A stretch of DNA of 45,934 nt from contig JAHBMJ010000490.1 of NCBI GenBank assembly GCA_018398765.1, positions 1 through 45,934 of the forward strand. Direction: 5' to 3'. Shown one piece after another: positions 14,793 to 28,048 of this stretch (positions are counted from its first letter, which is position 1; each line of letters opens with the position of its first letter). Source of the stretch: Chromera velia (taxonomy: Eukaryota). The notes below the pieces were generated by a model. That model searched no databases. It saw only the letters and a list, made by a program, of their open reading frames with translations, and had not been told where the DNA came from. Both the position numbers and the translations under genes were made by a program.

Positions 14793-15645
14793 ATTACTAT
14801 TCACTTGAAGCTCCCATTTTTAAGTCATTTTCATTGCTACCGTGACTAAATTACAATTGAAATTATAATCAAAAGGTCAGTATATGAATATCTATCATTT
14901 TTTTGTTTTTGAAGCCTATCTTAAATTTATATATTCTTGATATACTGCATAATTAAACCTATAGGCTATATTATAGCCGCTATAGGACTTCATGCAAACA
15001 TGTTAGAACAAGACTTTATGAGCGATGGATGCTAGTCAAAGCCAGACACTCACCGATTGCTAGAGCGATTGAAACAACCGGCGGGCTTATAAGCACTTTT
15101 AACACCTAGTGTCTGGTATCTGGCGATAGGTGCTAGAAAAAGCCTGCAATTGAAATAATAGGGCTTGCAAACAACGGCCGGGGCTTGAACGACGCTGCAA
15201 TGTCCGACTATATATAATGTATTTCGGCATTCGGACATTTGGCATTGAGTGGGAGGCCTCAGGCCAATCTTCTGGACATAAATCCTAATCGTAAATTCCT
15301 AATACTGAATCTGACTGATAATTCACTAACTCTGAGACTAGCTCTGGGATTAACTGTTTGGAATTAAACGATTAGGAAATTATTTCAAAGACTCAAGCTA
15401 GTAGATCGAATCATAATTCAATCATTCTGATTCATTCAGGAATGAATTCTTTTTACTTAATTCAATAAGTTCAATTTATTAAAAAAAAACAAAAAAACAA
15501 AAAAACTGGCGAGTGTAAAGTTACAGTTAAAAGAAAAAAAATGAAACCTACTACCTGGCGTCTTGTTTTTGAATACTCTTTCTTCCTCTGCCAATTTAAT
15601 TTGTTTCAACGTTTCTTTCTTAGCGGAAAGTCACGAGGTCGGACC

Positions 15646-17666
15646 TCATCTTGAAAACTGTCGGCTGTCCCCCTCTTTCCTCTTTCCGTAAGGATTGGAA
15701 GCAGAGAAGGTGTGACCAGAGCGCTGAAAATTTTTGGCTTTAGGGTCGCCTCCCCCGGGACCCCGATCCCCCGGCCCCCTCTGAGACTCCTTCTTCTTCC
15801 CTCCTTTCGCCTTCAGATTCAACTCGACCTTGGGGGGCACTGCGAACCCAAAACTCTTTGCAACCCTCTGCAGGTCCAGAGAGTGCACATCGAAAATGTC
15901 CTTCAAAGAATGCGACGCGTAGGCATGGAGATACGCCCTGTAGGCGTCTCGACTGCTTTTGTGCAGGTGATAGTTTTTCTCGATCAACCGCTCCATCTGT
16001 GCCTGCACCTGCGCAATCTTGCTGGGGGGAAATGTGTACTCATTCAAAACAACCTTCATTCTCTTCAAGTAGTTCAGAAACTTCAATTCTTCAGGCATGA
16101 GGAACAACAACGCTTTGCCCGTGCCTGTTGCCCCTCTTGCTGTACGCCCCACCCTGTGAATGTACTCCCTCGGATCATCTGGAGGGTCAAATTGGACGAT
16201 CCAGTCGACATTCGGAATGTCAAGGCCTCGAGCGGCAACATCTGTACAGAGAAGAATGCCGCGCTTTGCCTGACAGAACTCGTAGTAGGTGTTCATCCGT
16301 GCTGCCTGTTTCTTCTTCCCGTGAATGCACTGAACGGGAAGATCGATGTAGTTCAAAAGTTCCTCGTGGAACGTTGCAGAGGCACAGCTGGAAAAGAACA
16401 CCATCACCTTCTTGTCCTTGTTTTTCTTCAAAAACGTAAACAGAAGAAGAAACCGCTGCTCTGCAGGACACACCACGTAGCCCTGCTGGAGCCCCTCCAC
16501 TGTTGCCATGGCGGTTGCGGCCTTCACCTCAATCAGCACAGGCTTCCGAAGGGAGAGACGGGCAAGGTCACTCACCTGCAATGCAGTCAGGCACACAGAC
16601 ATACAATGGACAGAAACTCAATAATGTAAAGCCCACATAAGAGTAAACACAACCCATGGACAACTCTTAATTTTACATCTTCGAAAGCTCACAAGCGAGC
16701 AGGTGTCTTCTCGGCATCACAGTCTCCCTCTCTTGTCTTCTTGTCCAGTCAACAATACCCCAGGCAAGCTATTTGGTAAAGATCTGTCTCTTACACGACC
16801 AAATACCAAACCCATCTCAACCTCTCCCCAATCCTCTCTTCTTCCCTCGTCCAATCCTCTTTTCCTCCTTTTTCCTCGCTGGACCTCTCCACCGCATTGC
16901 TGACTTCGCAACCCCCCACACTGTCTTCCACTCCTCGCCGTTCTTTCCGGTTACCACCCCCCCTTCCACCCTTCTCATTCCCTCTCCGTCTCCTACCCAC
17001 CCCACTCCTATCAACACCCGAACGCCTGACCTTTGTGGTCTGAGTGGCAGAGAAGAGGGCCGTCTGTCGCTTCTCTGGCAGCATTCTGATGATCTGGTTC
17101 ATCTCTTCCTCGAACCCGATCTCCAAAATCCTGTCTGCCTCGTCAATCACGAGGGACACCAAGTTCTGAAACTGAAACCCCTTGGTGTTCATCATATGAT
17201 CCAGCACGCGACCGGGAGTGCAGACGAGGAGGTTGACTCCCTTCACGAGCTTTTGGGCCTCAGTGGTTCTGTTCGTTCCCCCAATCACCAAACCGTGGGT
17301 CTGGGGAATGTACTTACACAGATTGCAGACATTGTCATAGATCTGCAGAGAGAGCTCCCGAGTGGGAGAGATGACCAGAAGACCTGTACCATTACGGGGC
17401 AGAAACTTGACTTGATAAAGAAGTTCCACCGCAGGAATGAGGAAGGCAAGAGTCTTCCCACAACCCGTGGGGGCAGACCCGAGGACATCTCTTCCGTTGA
17501 GGAGCTGGGGGATGGATTTGGCTTGGACTTCTGTGAGGTGGGTGAACTTGTTCTCCTTCAAGGCTTTCTTAATGGGGTCTGATATGGGAAGGCTGTCGAA
17601 AGTAACATCGCTGAAGAAGCCGCTCTTTCCCCCCGCTCGAGGAGCAGCACTCTCGGACTCTGCCAT
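15646..17666 (-). CDS. HAS1: ATP-dependent DEAD-box RNA helicase HAS1/DDX18 (ribosome biogenesis), ~521 aa; exons 17666-17031 and 16575-15646
   Basis: Q motif [13 protein letters not shown], motif [39 protein letters not shown]; Has1-typical [11 protein letters not shown] and C-terminal [12 protein letters not shown]...FGFAVPPKV; phase-0 GT-AG intron 17030-16576. Confidence 0.96.
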
Positions 17667-17672
17667 CCTCAG

Positions 17673-17754
17673 CTGGAATGATGCAATGACAGATGGAGAC
17701 AAGAGAGGCGGGCGAGTTCTTCAACCCACACAAACAATGGAGTCAGCAACTTAC
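17673..17754 (-). other. Probable 5'UTR intron of HAS1
   Basis: GTAAGT donor at 17754 and TTCCAG acceptor 6 nt before the ATG. Confidence 0.55.
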
Positions 17755-17919
17755 ACGTTGACGCCCTGCAGGAGTGCTAAAAAGCGCCTGAACTGGAAAC
17801 AGAAAAGCCATACACCACTACTTCCGTGGGATTCTGCAACACAATCGCTGGAGAACAATTCAACCTTATGAGTTTCTTCGAAAGATCGTTCAGTTTCACC
17901 AGAGCCGATTATTCGCGCG

Positions 17920-18050
17920 TCTAGCCGAATGCATGCCGAATTAAGTCCCATGCACTTTTGTCACTTTTGTTCCAGGAGAGCTCTGAAGACTTGCCAAATC
18001 GCGCGAAATTAAATCCCCCGCAAATATCGCATGCATGCATACATGCACTT
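17920..18050. promoter_or_regulatory. Divergent promoter region with a GCATGC/TGCATGCA cluster
   Basis: ATGCATGC at ~17929 and GCATGCATGCATACATGCA at 18029, between divergent genes; TGCATGCA is a known ApiAP2-bound motif. Confidence 0.5.
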
Positions 18051-18249
18051 TAATACCCGGCCGTCTCCTGGAGCCCTGCTCTTCAATCCTCTGACAAGCT
18101 GCACTGGCAACTGTTCCTTGCTCACTGTTTGAGCCAAACACACACCAAACAAGAGCAGTCACACAGGGGATCACACGGACAAGCGGTAGCAACGAGGACT
18201 TTTGCGAAGAGCATCTGTTGTTTTTTTAAAAATATACCAAGAAATCAAA

Positions 18250-19533
18250 ATGCAGGGATTGGTCCTTCTGTTGGCCACCCTGCTGGCCACACCCGGGCAC
18301 TCGTTGCAGTTCAAAAGAAATGGCGATGTTAGATCGAATTACGAACAGGGTCCAACTGTCAATAGGACGAAAAAGGTGAAGACAATCCGGAGTGTCTTCT
18401 GTTGCAAGACGAAGGTGAATAAAGTTGTGAGATGCGCAGATGGAAACAGCTGGGTCGAATTCTCGAAATGCAAAGAGTATGAAATGACGGACGACCTGGA
18501 GGGGTTGCAGAAGAAGAACAACTGCATGATAGCAGGAGAAGACGTCAGCGGCAGAGTCTTCGCCAAATGGGAAGATGTTCCTCAGGTGCAGGTGTACGAC
18601 GACGTATATGTGAATGTGTTCGAGAGTTTGAAGGGAAAGAACGAAGAAGCCTTCAAGGAGAAGCAGAGAGCCGGAACAAAGGCCGTTGAATCGGTAATCG
18701 AGTGCTCCGACAAGCCGCCAACAGAAGTTGAGCCTTTTCTTTTCAGGGAGGATTCAGATGATCAGTCCGAAGGATCCATAACATCTGAAGCTGCAGGAGA
18801 TTTACTCGGGCACATTGTCACAACGCCCAGCATGACTGGAACACCACCCACCCCGAAGCCTTCGCCCCCTGCGTCTCCTCCTCCTCCGTCTACTACCCCT
18901 GATCTCCCCCCAGGGCCCGACAGCGTCAAATCGGAGGATGAAAAGGGAGACGGAATTGAAGAAGAGCCGTCAAAGCCCACTCTTCCCCAAAGCACACCCA
19001 CAGACCCCGAACCCTCCCCAGAGCCCGATCCTATTTCTGATGTCCCTGCAGACAAACCCTCTCCCAGTGGCGCCTCAGAGCCAAAAGATCCCGAAAAACC
19101 TTCCCCATCCCCTCCTGTCCCTCCATCCGACCAAAAAGGGGAGAAGGACGAGGGGGAAAGATTCAACTATCTGTCTCCAGAAGCCTGGAAGAAATGGTGG
19201 AACACCCCCTCACCAGATACAGATTCAGACTCAGATCCTTTCATCCCCCCTGAGCGAAAGAGAAAAGATGCAGATGACATGTTTGCAATGCCAGGGGTTT
19301 GGGGTCCCCACGTTTTCGACTCGGATGATGACGACAATGACGACGATGGCTTTTGGGCCTCGGACTCCCCTTCTGCCCCTTCTTATGGGGACGATGGGTC
19401 GGAGCATTATGATGAGCCTGAGACGACTCCGGGAGAACCCGAGGCGGGGGGAGACGAAGACGAGTCTCCTGAGAGTGAGCCTGAGTATGAATTTCCTGCG
19501 ATAGAGGACCCGTTTTCGCAACTCCTGTGGTAG
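18250..19533 (+). CDS. Intronless putative secreted protein (427 aa): signal peptide, Cys-containing N-terminal domain, Pro/Ser-rich linker, acidic tail
   Basis: Long ORF starting MQGLVLLLATLLATPGHS with AAAATG context; 6 Cys in the N-terminal domain. Confidence 0.85.
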   Translation: MQGLVLLLATLLATPGHSLQFKRNGDVRSNYEQGPTVNRTKKVKTIRSVFCCKTKVNKVVRCADGNSWVEFSKCKEYEMTDDLEGLQKKNNCMIAGEDVSGRVFAKWEDVPQVQVYDDVYVNVFESLKGKNEEAFKEKQRAGTKAVESVIECSDKPPTEVEPFLFREDSDDQSEGSITSEAAGDLLGHIVTTPSMTGTPPTPKPSPPASPPPPSTTPDLPPGPDSVKSEDEKGDGIEEEPSKPTLPQSTPTDPEPSPEPDPISDVPADKPSPSGASEPKDPEKPSPSPPVPPSDQKGEKDEGERFNYLSPEAWKKWWNTPSPDTDSDSDPFIPPERKRKDADDMFAMPGVWGPHVFDSDDDDNDDDGFWASDSPSAPSYGDDGSEHYDEPETTPGEPEAGGDEDESPESEPEYEFPAIEDPFSQLLW

Positions 19534-19954
19534 GCGAGGAAGCATACAGAAAATGGTACTTGTTATCCCTTCGGTGAAATGCTGTTTGCTCACCGGCCTC
19601 AGATTTATGATTCAAAAAGAGTGTTCACGCTGACTAGCTCGGAAACGCACTACCGATCCAGATCGGTAGCGAAGACGCAGGGTGTCGAAGTGTGTCAAAA
19701 CTGATGAGGCACTCTTTGGATTAATAGAAACAAACTGCAAAAAGAGAAATGCGTGTCTTATGTTCTGGTTCGGCTCTCTCTGTTTGCTCTCATACAATCC
19801 CTTTTTTTCTTGTTCTCTGTGGATGGAACCTTTTCACGTCTCAGCTGTCTGCTGCCGTGACGAAAAACTCAGCCCCATTCAATGAGATCTTTCCATACCG
19901 TTGCCTGTATCTCTCTCCCTCTCACTCTTCCCCTCCTCTGTGTGAGGGTTTGTA

Positions 19955-19976
19955 AGTGTGTGTGTGTGTGTGTGTC

Positions 19977-20051
<75 letters not shown>

Positions 20052-20174
20052 GCCTGCCTGCCTGCCTGTCTGTCTGTCTGTCTGTCTGTCATGAAGAAAA
20101 GAAGGGAGAAGAAGAAACATATAGTCTGTCTGTCTGTCTGTCTGTCTTAGCGTGAGTGAGCGTGTGTGTGTGTA

Positions 20175-20212
<38 letters not shown>

Positions 20213-20291
20213 TGTGCGTGTGTGTGTGTGTGTGTCTGTGTGTGTGTGTGTGTGTGTGTTCTCTCTCTCTCGCTCTCCCTCTCTCTTTCTT

Positions 20292-20333
<42 letters not shown>

Positions 20334-20392
20334 NCTGTCTGTCTGTCTGTCTGTCTGTCATGAAGAAAAGAAGGGAGAAGAAGAAACATATA

Positions 20393-20424
<32 letters not shown>

Positions 20425-20426
20425 GC

Positions 20427-20474
<48 letters not shown>

Positions 20475-20560
20475 ATGTCTGTTGTCTTTGTTGCTTTCTT
20501 TCTTTTTGTCTATTGTGTTCATGAAGAAAAGAAGGGAGAAAAAGAAACATATAGTCTGCG

Positions 20561-20592
<32 letters not shown>

Positions 20593-20676
20593 ATGAAGAA
20601 AAGAAGGGAGAAGAAGAAACATATAGTCTGTCTGTCTGTCTGTCTGTCTTAGCGTGAGTGAGCGTGTGTGTGTGTA

Positions 20677-20714
<38 letters not shown>

Positions 20715-20793
20715 TGTGCGTGTGTGTGTGTGTGTGTCTGTGTGTGTGTGTGTGTGTGTGTTCTCTCTCTCTCGCTCTCCCTCTCTCTTTCTT

Positions 20794-20838
<45 letters not shown>

Positions 20839-20839
20839 N

Positions 20840-20873
<34 letters not shown>

Positions 20874-20915
20874 ATGTCGTGTGCATATGTATGTATGTAT
20901 GTATGTATGTATGTG
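19955..20915. repeat. Microsatellite block ((TG)n, (TCTG)n, (CT)n) with 4 copies of TCATGAAGAAAAGAAGGGAGAAGAAGAAACATATAGTCTG and a ~250-bp duplication offset by 502 bp
   Basis: Copies at 20089, 20358, 20519 and 20591; single Ns at 20334 and 20839. Confidence 0.9.
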
Positions 20916-21256
20916 CATGCGTTTGAGTTCTGAGTCAGACATTTTTTCTCTATGCCAATGGGGATGTAGATGAACATTAAGTTTTGTTTTTATTGTTAGG
21001 CTAGGCATCATTGGGACTAATTGAGACTTTAACTTTTTTAGAATATTAAAAAAAATATATATTACAAAAATTATTATTTAATTATATGATACTGAGGTTG
21101 TTAACCTTTTGAGAATTGATTTGTAAATACTTGTAGTACTTGTAAAAGAATAGTTAAATTAACTGGGTTTTTATATTGGTTTTAATTGGTTTTTAAAGTT
21201 GAGGCGAAGTAGGTCTCACATTACAACAGAATTGGACACTAGGCAATCAAAACAAA

Positions 21257-21499
21257 GGATAGGAGTGGGGATTCCTTGGACCCAGGTACGCATCGGATTG
21301 TGAATTGCCTGGAGGGAGGCGTGGCACCTTGCAGGGGCCAAGAGCGCATGTGTCTACCCCACGTGGCGCCCAAATACGACCCAGCTGGAGTGCATGGGAA
21401 CACCCGTCAGTGGGCCGTCACTCTCTGGCCCCCGCGGACCATGCAGAAATGGGACGCCGCGGCCAGCGTCGTGCGCCCGCACGTACGTCGGCAGCATCC
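21257..21499 (+). other. Dispersed structured repeat, copy 2
   Basis: Homologous to 1928-2152. Confidence 0.75.
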
Positions 21500-21708
21500 A
21501 CCGGCGTCGTCATGCAGTGGCTGTACGTGGTTCTGTACGTGGTTTTAAAAGGGCGATGTTTTTCTCTTCTCCTTCTCTCCCTCTCTCTCTCGGCTTCTCT
21601 CTGTCTCTGGGTCTCTGCTCATATTAATATACTTCACGAAGGTGGGACCGCGGAAGGCTGTCAGAGCTACTTGTGGAGGGTGATAAGTTTGTTTCTTCCA
21701 ATAAAATA

Positions 21709-22273
21709 ATGTTTGTCTCCGATGAATCTTCAAATCCCTTTGCTGTTGTCGGGAGTGATTGGCCTCCCCCTTGCGTTCTACTCACAAAGACAGCTGCGCC
21801 CCGAGTCTATCAGCTGAGCCTCACGCTTGAAGTGTCCAGTTTGCCGTTCGCTTCTCTTTCCGCCAGGCTGCTTCCGTACGACCAGGAGGTACCTCTCTGC
21901 AGACGCGAAAACGTCCGTCTCCGACTTCGTATCCGTCTCCGAAGTCCTCTACACAAATGCAATGTTTTGACAGTGTCCGTGTCGTATTCCCGATCACGAT
22001 GAATCTTGCTGCCCTCCATGTCTGAATGTAACAATAATGCAGGAGCTTGGGACCTACCTTACTGGCTCAGTTTTCATCCGAGCGCCGGAATCCGGGACGG
22101 TCGTCTTGCAGGAAGTCCTGAAAACCAGCGCTCAGACATTCACCAGGCAGACCGTCGTGCACTTACAGGTTGGTTCCTTTCCTGCATTCTCTCTGTCGTC
22201 TCAAAGCTCGAGTTGAGCTAAATATCTTCACGTCTCAGTGCCTGTAAACGATGCGACACATACACACACACAC

Positions 22274-22314
<41 letters not shown>

Positions 22315-24921
22315 CGCGCGCGTATGTTTGTTTCCACTGCAGACCAAGGCATTGTGCAGAAATGATTTAAGCACCTGCCCAACCGTCCGAGGCGCGCCTC
22401 CGGTCGGCACAGAGCCGACAGGTTCGTCTTCTTTCTCTTCTGGTCCCCGAGCGGACCACAAGCAGGAAGACGTTGCCGCCGAGGGCTCCCCTGCAGCCCC
22501 ACTTCGCAGTGCTCCTGCTGAGGGTTCTTTTGCGAAGTCGGGGGCGGGTGAGCTGTTCTTCCCGGATCATGAGAGCCTGGGGAGTGTTTCTGAGGGTGAC
22601 AGGGAGTCCAATCTGGACGAGTGGGAGGGGGATCCCCACAGGGACGCAGAACAAACGAAGGGAAGAGACTCGAAAGAGAGGAACAGTCTGGTAGGCCTTC
22701 TTTCTTCCTGCATGATCCCCTTTTCGCCTTTTTCTTCCTCCTCTTCCTCATTCCGGATCCTCTTCCTCCAGTCTTTATTTTTCTTTTTCTTCCTCAACGT
22801 ACGAGGAAGATGTACAGTGGTGAGGTGTGAACTTGGATTGCATGGTCGTATGATCGATGATGTCGCTGTCTAAATTAGTTGCCTTAGTCGGATGACGCCT
22901 CAGACTGCATCGTCTGTTCTTTTCTCCGCACAGTTTGGCCTTTTTGTTCTTTCTTTCTTTCTTTCTTTCTTTTCTTTCTTTCTTTCTTTCTTTCTTTCTT
23001 TTCTTTCTTTCTTTTCTTTCTTTCTTTCTTTCCTTCTTTCTGTCTCCATGCAGATGCCTTCGGACCCTTCTGCGCTGTGCGGGGTATCCCTATTCAGCTT
23101 TCCGCGTCGTCATACAGCTCCCCAGGCTGCTGTCAAACAGAAAGAGGAGCCGCCTGATGGACAGGGTCTCCCGGCTTCTGTGCCATCGCAACGACAGGCC
23201 GATCCTCCTCAGGCAAACAGCAGAAGGGCGTCTGTCGATTCCCGACTTTACTGGTCTCGTTGTCTCTTGGAACGCTTTCACATTCGCTTGGGTGGGTCCG
23301 TTGAATCCACGCGTCTCTTTCACTTTTCCCCTTCCCTCCTTTCTTTGTCTATTTTTCTCTCAGTGCCTGCCTTCTGACTATTGTGTTTCTTCCATGATCG
23401 CCTCGAGATCCACCTGCAGTACCAGTCTGTCTTCTGTTTTCAAGCAAGCATGGCGTGGCCGACCTTGTCAGTCTGAGTGTCTTTCCTGCAAGAGCATCTC
23501 AATAACGGTGCACTGCTTTTCCTTTCCAACTAACCCCACCGCACCGCGTCGCCGTACAGACCCCCTCCCGCCACTACTTTCTTGCACCCAACGGCTTGAT
23601 TTGAATTGCTTTTTTGTATGCATGCAGTTTTCGATCACACCCCAGAGACGACTCGGTTCCTGACTCGACTCACGAGCAAAGAGGGACGAGGAGAGCTTCA
23701 AGCGATCAGCATGGGACTCCGTCAGTTGATTACAGACGTGATCGACTACCGTGGGGATGTGTCGCCGAGTAGCGATCGCGCTTGGACTATAGGCACGGAC
23801 CCAGTCTCATCCGTTCGTGCCGCGTCTGTTCGAGTGTGTCTGTCGCCCGACGGACAGCTGGAAGCGATGTTGATGATTGGATTGCATCTGCGCCGTCTTG
23901 ATCGGAAGAAGAGGCCGACTGTCGAAGAGTTGGAATTTTGGGTCGACAGAGAGTTTATGCAGAAAGTGCTGAGGGAGTGGGACAAGGCACCATGCCAACT
24001 CAGCGAACTGGTGCGAAGATGCAGAGGCCTGGAGGCACGCCGCGCAAGTCAGTTAGTGCTCATGATTCGGCTGGTTACTTGACCCCGTGTTGTAAGGCAA
24101 CCTCCTTCACGTTTCTATTTGATGTCGCTGGATTGACAGGCGCTTGTCCCGTAGACGGATACGTTGCAAAATTTTTCCCCGTGAAGGAGAATCAATCGTT
24201 CATGAGCTTTGCTGTTTTTTGAAGATTCTTATAGTTTTTCCTTTGATGCTTCTCAAGACACTTCGTGGTGCAGTTGCGCTCTCTCTTTGTGCTTCCGAGT
24301 CACTGCAGCTGATGTTCTAAAATTTGGCCTCAAGGTGGAAATCGGTCGGCTATCACCAACTCCTGTAACATCCCTTCCACTTGTTTCAATTTGTGATCAG
24401 AACCCGATCTCCGATGCTGAGTCCCTTCTCTGGTATCTTTTCAGATTTCTTCCTATCAGCCTGAATTCTTGTGTGACTGAAGTGCAAGAGCGCCGTCTCG
24501 CTCACAATTTCCATATACGTACAGACACAACAGAGCCACTTTGAATCGACAGACGGTTTTTTTTCCTGTCCATTTCCGGCCTCTCTTTTTCTTTTCACGC
24601 ACGCACACGACCTACAGGCCAAAAAAAGGGAAAGAGAACACTGAAAAGACGAGGGAACGAAATGATCAGACAGAAAACGTGAACATAGTAGAGCTGAGCG
24701 CCTCACCTCCCCACATTTCGACAGGGTTGCATGTTTTCACTGAAGACACACGCTACTTTCTGCTGCTTGGACAAAATCCAAGAAAAAGGAAGAAAGGAAA
24801 CGTACCGCACTCCTGGCGCACTCACGTTGAAGTACCGGGTAGCCGTCAGCGTGAAGTGGTCTTTAGACTGAGTGTAGACGGGTGCGGAGACACCCATCCA
24901 CAAGCACACTCATGTGGCACA

Positions 24922-24986
<65 letters not shown>

Positions 24987-25019
24987 AGAAACACGCACAC
25001 ACACACACAGACACACACA

Positions 25020-25085
<66 letters not shown>

Positions 25086-27612
25086 GGTTCATTTGTGCTT
25101 CCGCCGCCCCTTCGGATGAGTGCATGCAGATACGAAGCGCGCTTTCGAGAGGCTCGGCTGGGCAGTTCCGGAAGATCCGAAGAGACACCTGCAGTACCTT
25201 TCGCGTCTGTGGGGTGAGGCGCGGTTTTACTCGTGCTTGCTTTTGGGTGCCCGAAAGGCTGAGTTTCCTTTTCTGCACTCGGGGGCGCTCTGCGTTGGTC
25301 GTTTCCGTGATAGAAGCTTTGACCCCCACAGGTTTGTGTCTCTCAAACAAGCCGATGTAACAGAGATCAATTTGCCCATCCATGTCCTTCCTGGAGTGGA
25401 AGCTCTTGGGGATGAAGAGGCGGTGAGAGAGGAAACTCTGAGGGTCTTCGAGTGCCTCAACGAGGGCTTTGCTCGATTTCTTTCACGCCAGCGGAAATAC
25501 GTCGGGGCGACTCAGGCCGTCTCTGGTCCAAATCAGCTGGTGAGACGGACATTCCGGGATTTGGGCGCGCATCTCTGACTCCGGTGCTTTTTATGCTTTT
25601 GCGACCTCTTCTTTTCTCTCCTGCCCTCTTCTGTGTTGTCACACTTCTCTGTTGTCTTGACAGGGAATGACGTGCCGTTTCTCCAGCCTTTTTTTCCTTT
25701 TGCTTTGCTGTCTTGGTGTATCGATCGATCTGAGGGTAATCCGCAGGTACCTTGACTTGAAGACCGACCGAAAAAATCTCCCTCAAGTTGCTCGACCCCC
25801 TTGATATACACGTCTGCAGACCAGTTGTTCGGATGAATCCTTGAAGGAGGCGGTACAGAGCGAGGGCTCCGCAGCAGACAGGGGGGGGGTGTTGAAGAGC
25901 CCACATGCGGGGGCCCCTCAGGCAGCCGGGGGGCCCCTGAGATGGAGGGCCTTGGCGGATTCTAATTGCATTCGCAGTTCGTTGGTCAGGGGACCTCCTG
26001 ACTCCTGGAAGCTCCCGACAGTCTTCTTGAACGTCCTCTTCGACCTCGGTGAGAGTTCTCTTCCGTCGGTTTTTGTTTCTCTTCTTCCTTCCTCTCGTTT
26101 CGCCTCTCGCTCCATTGCTTGCATTGGTTGGTCTTGCTTGTGTGACGGTTGTTCTTCTTTGGTTGGGTCCTCCGTCTCTTTGCTCTTTTCTGCTCTGCTC
26201 TCAGTGGCCACACCTTCTGTCTGTTGCAAGCACTCACTCTTCTTTCCGAAAATCATTTACATTGGACCAAGCAGCTTCCGGAGGTCGCCTGCAAAGGGGT
26301 CCATTTTCCTGCAGGATAAGTGGCATGACAGGGGGTCCGGCCTGAGTAGCATGGAAAGAGAATTTGAGAGAATGCTTATGCAATTCAGGTGACAGTGACT
26401 GTTTGCTGATCGCTCCCTGCAGGTCTGCATGCAGAGCAGCAAGACCAAGACACAACTCCCGACGAAAGGATGCGAGCGGAAAATCCTGCTTCGGAGCACG
26501 CAGCTGTGCTGCTGAGAGAATTTGAGAAGTTCGTGAAACGAGCTGCCGAGTCCAGAGGGCTGACCGCTGCTCCTCCTCGCGGTGTAGGAGAGAAGGTGAA
26601 GGAGAAGCCCTACAGAGAGATCCCCTCTGACCCGACCACTTGGACTTTTACTTTTGAATTCATGATGAGGCTGGTGGGAGAGAACTCTGTACAGACAGAA
26701 GTAGAGGGGAAAAGCAACAGCAGCAGCGAAAAGGTTCCCCCCGACAGTTCGGGAAGATCCTTCTTCCTCATGCAGTGGAAGCTGTACCTAAACGGTCGAA
26801 AGGCGGTGAGATGGTCAGACAGTCTGCTCGAGACTTCTGCTCGAGACCTCGTTGATGAGTTGTTGTCTGTCGCGACATGCCATCGCGTAGTCAACCCTCC
26901 GACTCATCCAAAGGCTTCTCTGTCACTCAGCGGCAGCAGCAACACACCTGATGAGGCAAAAGCGTCCTCCCCCGTCTCTGGTGGCCAGCGGAAAAGGTTG
27001 AGAGAGCAGGAGACAGTCTGGAATCAGCGTTTGAAGAACGTTCGAGGGGTTTGGGTGGGCTCCTTCGAGAAGCCTACTTGGGAGTCCTGCCTCCCCGAAG
27101 CCACGGAGTCTTTGATAACCCCTTCCACCGTTTCTCTCGCAAGTGCGTATTCTGGGACCCCCTTCTCCTCCATGACCCTCAGTGGGACAGTGCCGCCCGC
27201 TTCGTTGCCCTTAGATACGGTAGAGAGCCCCTTTTCCGCTTCGTCGGCCCTGCAGGGCCACGCGGATCTGCGAGAAGGCTTCCGCCGACTGAATGGGAGG
27301 ATTGGGATCGAATTTCGAGATGGAAAGACATATCCCGGCGACGTCTCTCGCCAGGCCAAAAAAATCAAAGGGGGGGAGGAGACAGAGAAAGGGGTACAGG
27401 AGAATGCAAAAGCGTCCTCTTCTTGGCTGCGAAAGCGGCTCTTGCAAGACGGAAAAGCCTTTTTCCTTCCTGCATCCCAAACCAACAGTGTTAACAACTC
27501 AGTTTTGGGGAGTGGTTCCCAACCAAAAGGTAGAAACGAAGAGGAGCAGGGAAAGAGGGACATAAAAACGCTCATCGTTGTAAAACAAGAAAGTAGACAA
27601 GAAAAAAGTTGA
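21709..27612 (+). CDS. Multi-exon hypothetical protein
   Basis: Exon-like segments MFVSDESSNP...PYDQE (21709-21888), ~22342-22630, ~23053-23250, ~23627-24047, ~25130-25539 and a long terminal ORF to 27612 (TGA); GT/AG boundaries and microsatellite introns; no family recognised. Confidence 0.6.
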
Positions 27613-28048
27613 TTACTGGCTAGATTACTTAATACCTGGCTTAATACAAACAAAAACAGTAAATTGGTAAATTAAAACAATAAACAAGAAAGTAAGTAAA
27701 AGGTGAAATTCCTATAGCGTACTATTATCATCATTAATTCACCATCGCACCATTCGGGCGGCGATCGGCTCATAAATTAATCAGCGTCTAGCATTTGGCC
27801 GCAATTTTGGTGGATTCGAAACACAGCTAAACATACTGCTAGGGCAATTTTCTCCTATGAACGAATTGATTTATTAAGATGACACAGACAAGAACGGTTT
27901 CCTGTTACGGCCACTCACTAAACCTAGTACTAAACTGGACTAAATTCGCGTGGCAAAACAGAATGCTCTTACATTTTTAAACAAAACATATAGTCTTGTC
28001 CTCTTTCTGCCGGAACTAGCTTACTAATCATAATTAAAAAAAAAAATA

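Noticed and set aside
15712..17582. Plus-strand ORFs of 305 and 269 aa
   Set aside because: Antisense shadows of HAS1
15646..17666. TAA/TAG reassigned to Gln (prompted by in-frame TAR codons in degraded ORFs and frequent TGA stops)
   Set aside because: Conserved HAS1 encodes its many Gln residues with no in-frame TAA or TAG; the stops are better explained by C-to-T decay
20089..20839. Biological tandem duplication
   Set aside because: Near-identical copies end at single-N contig joins in microsatellite DNA; likely at least partly an assembly artefact
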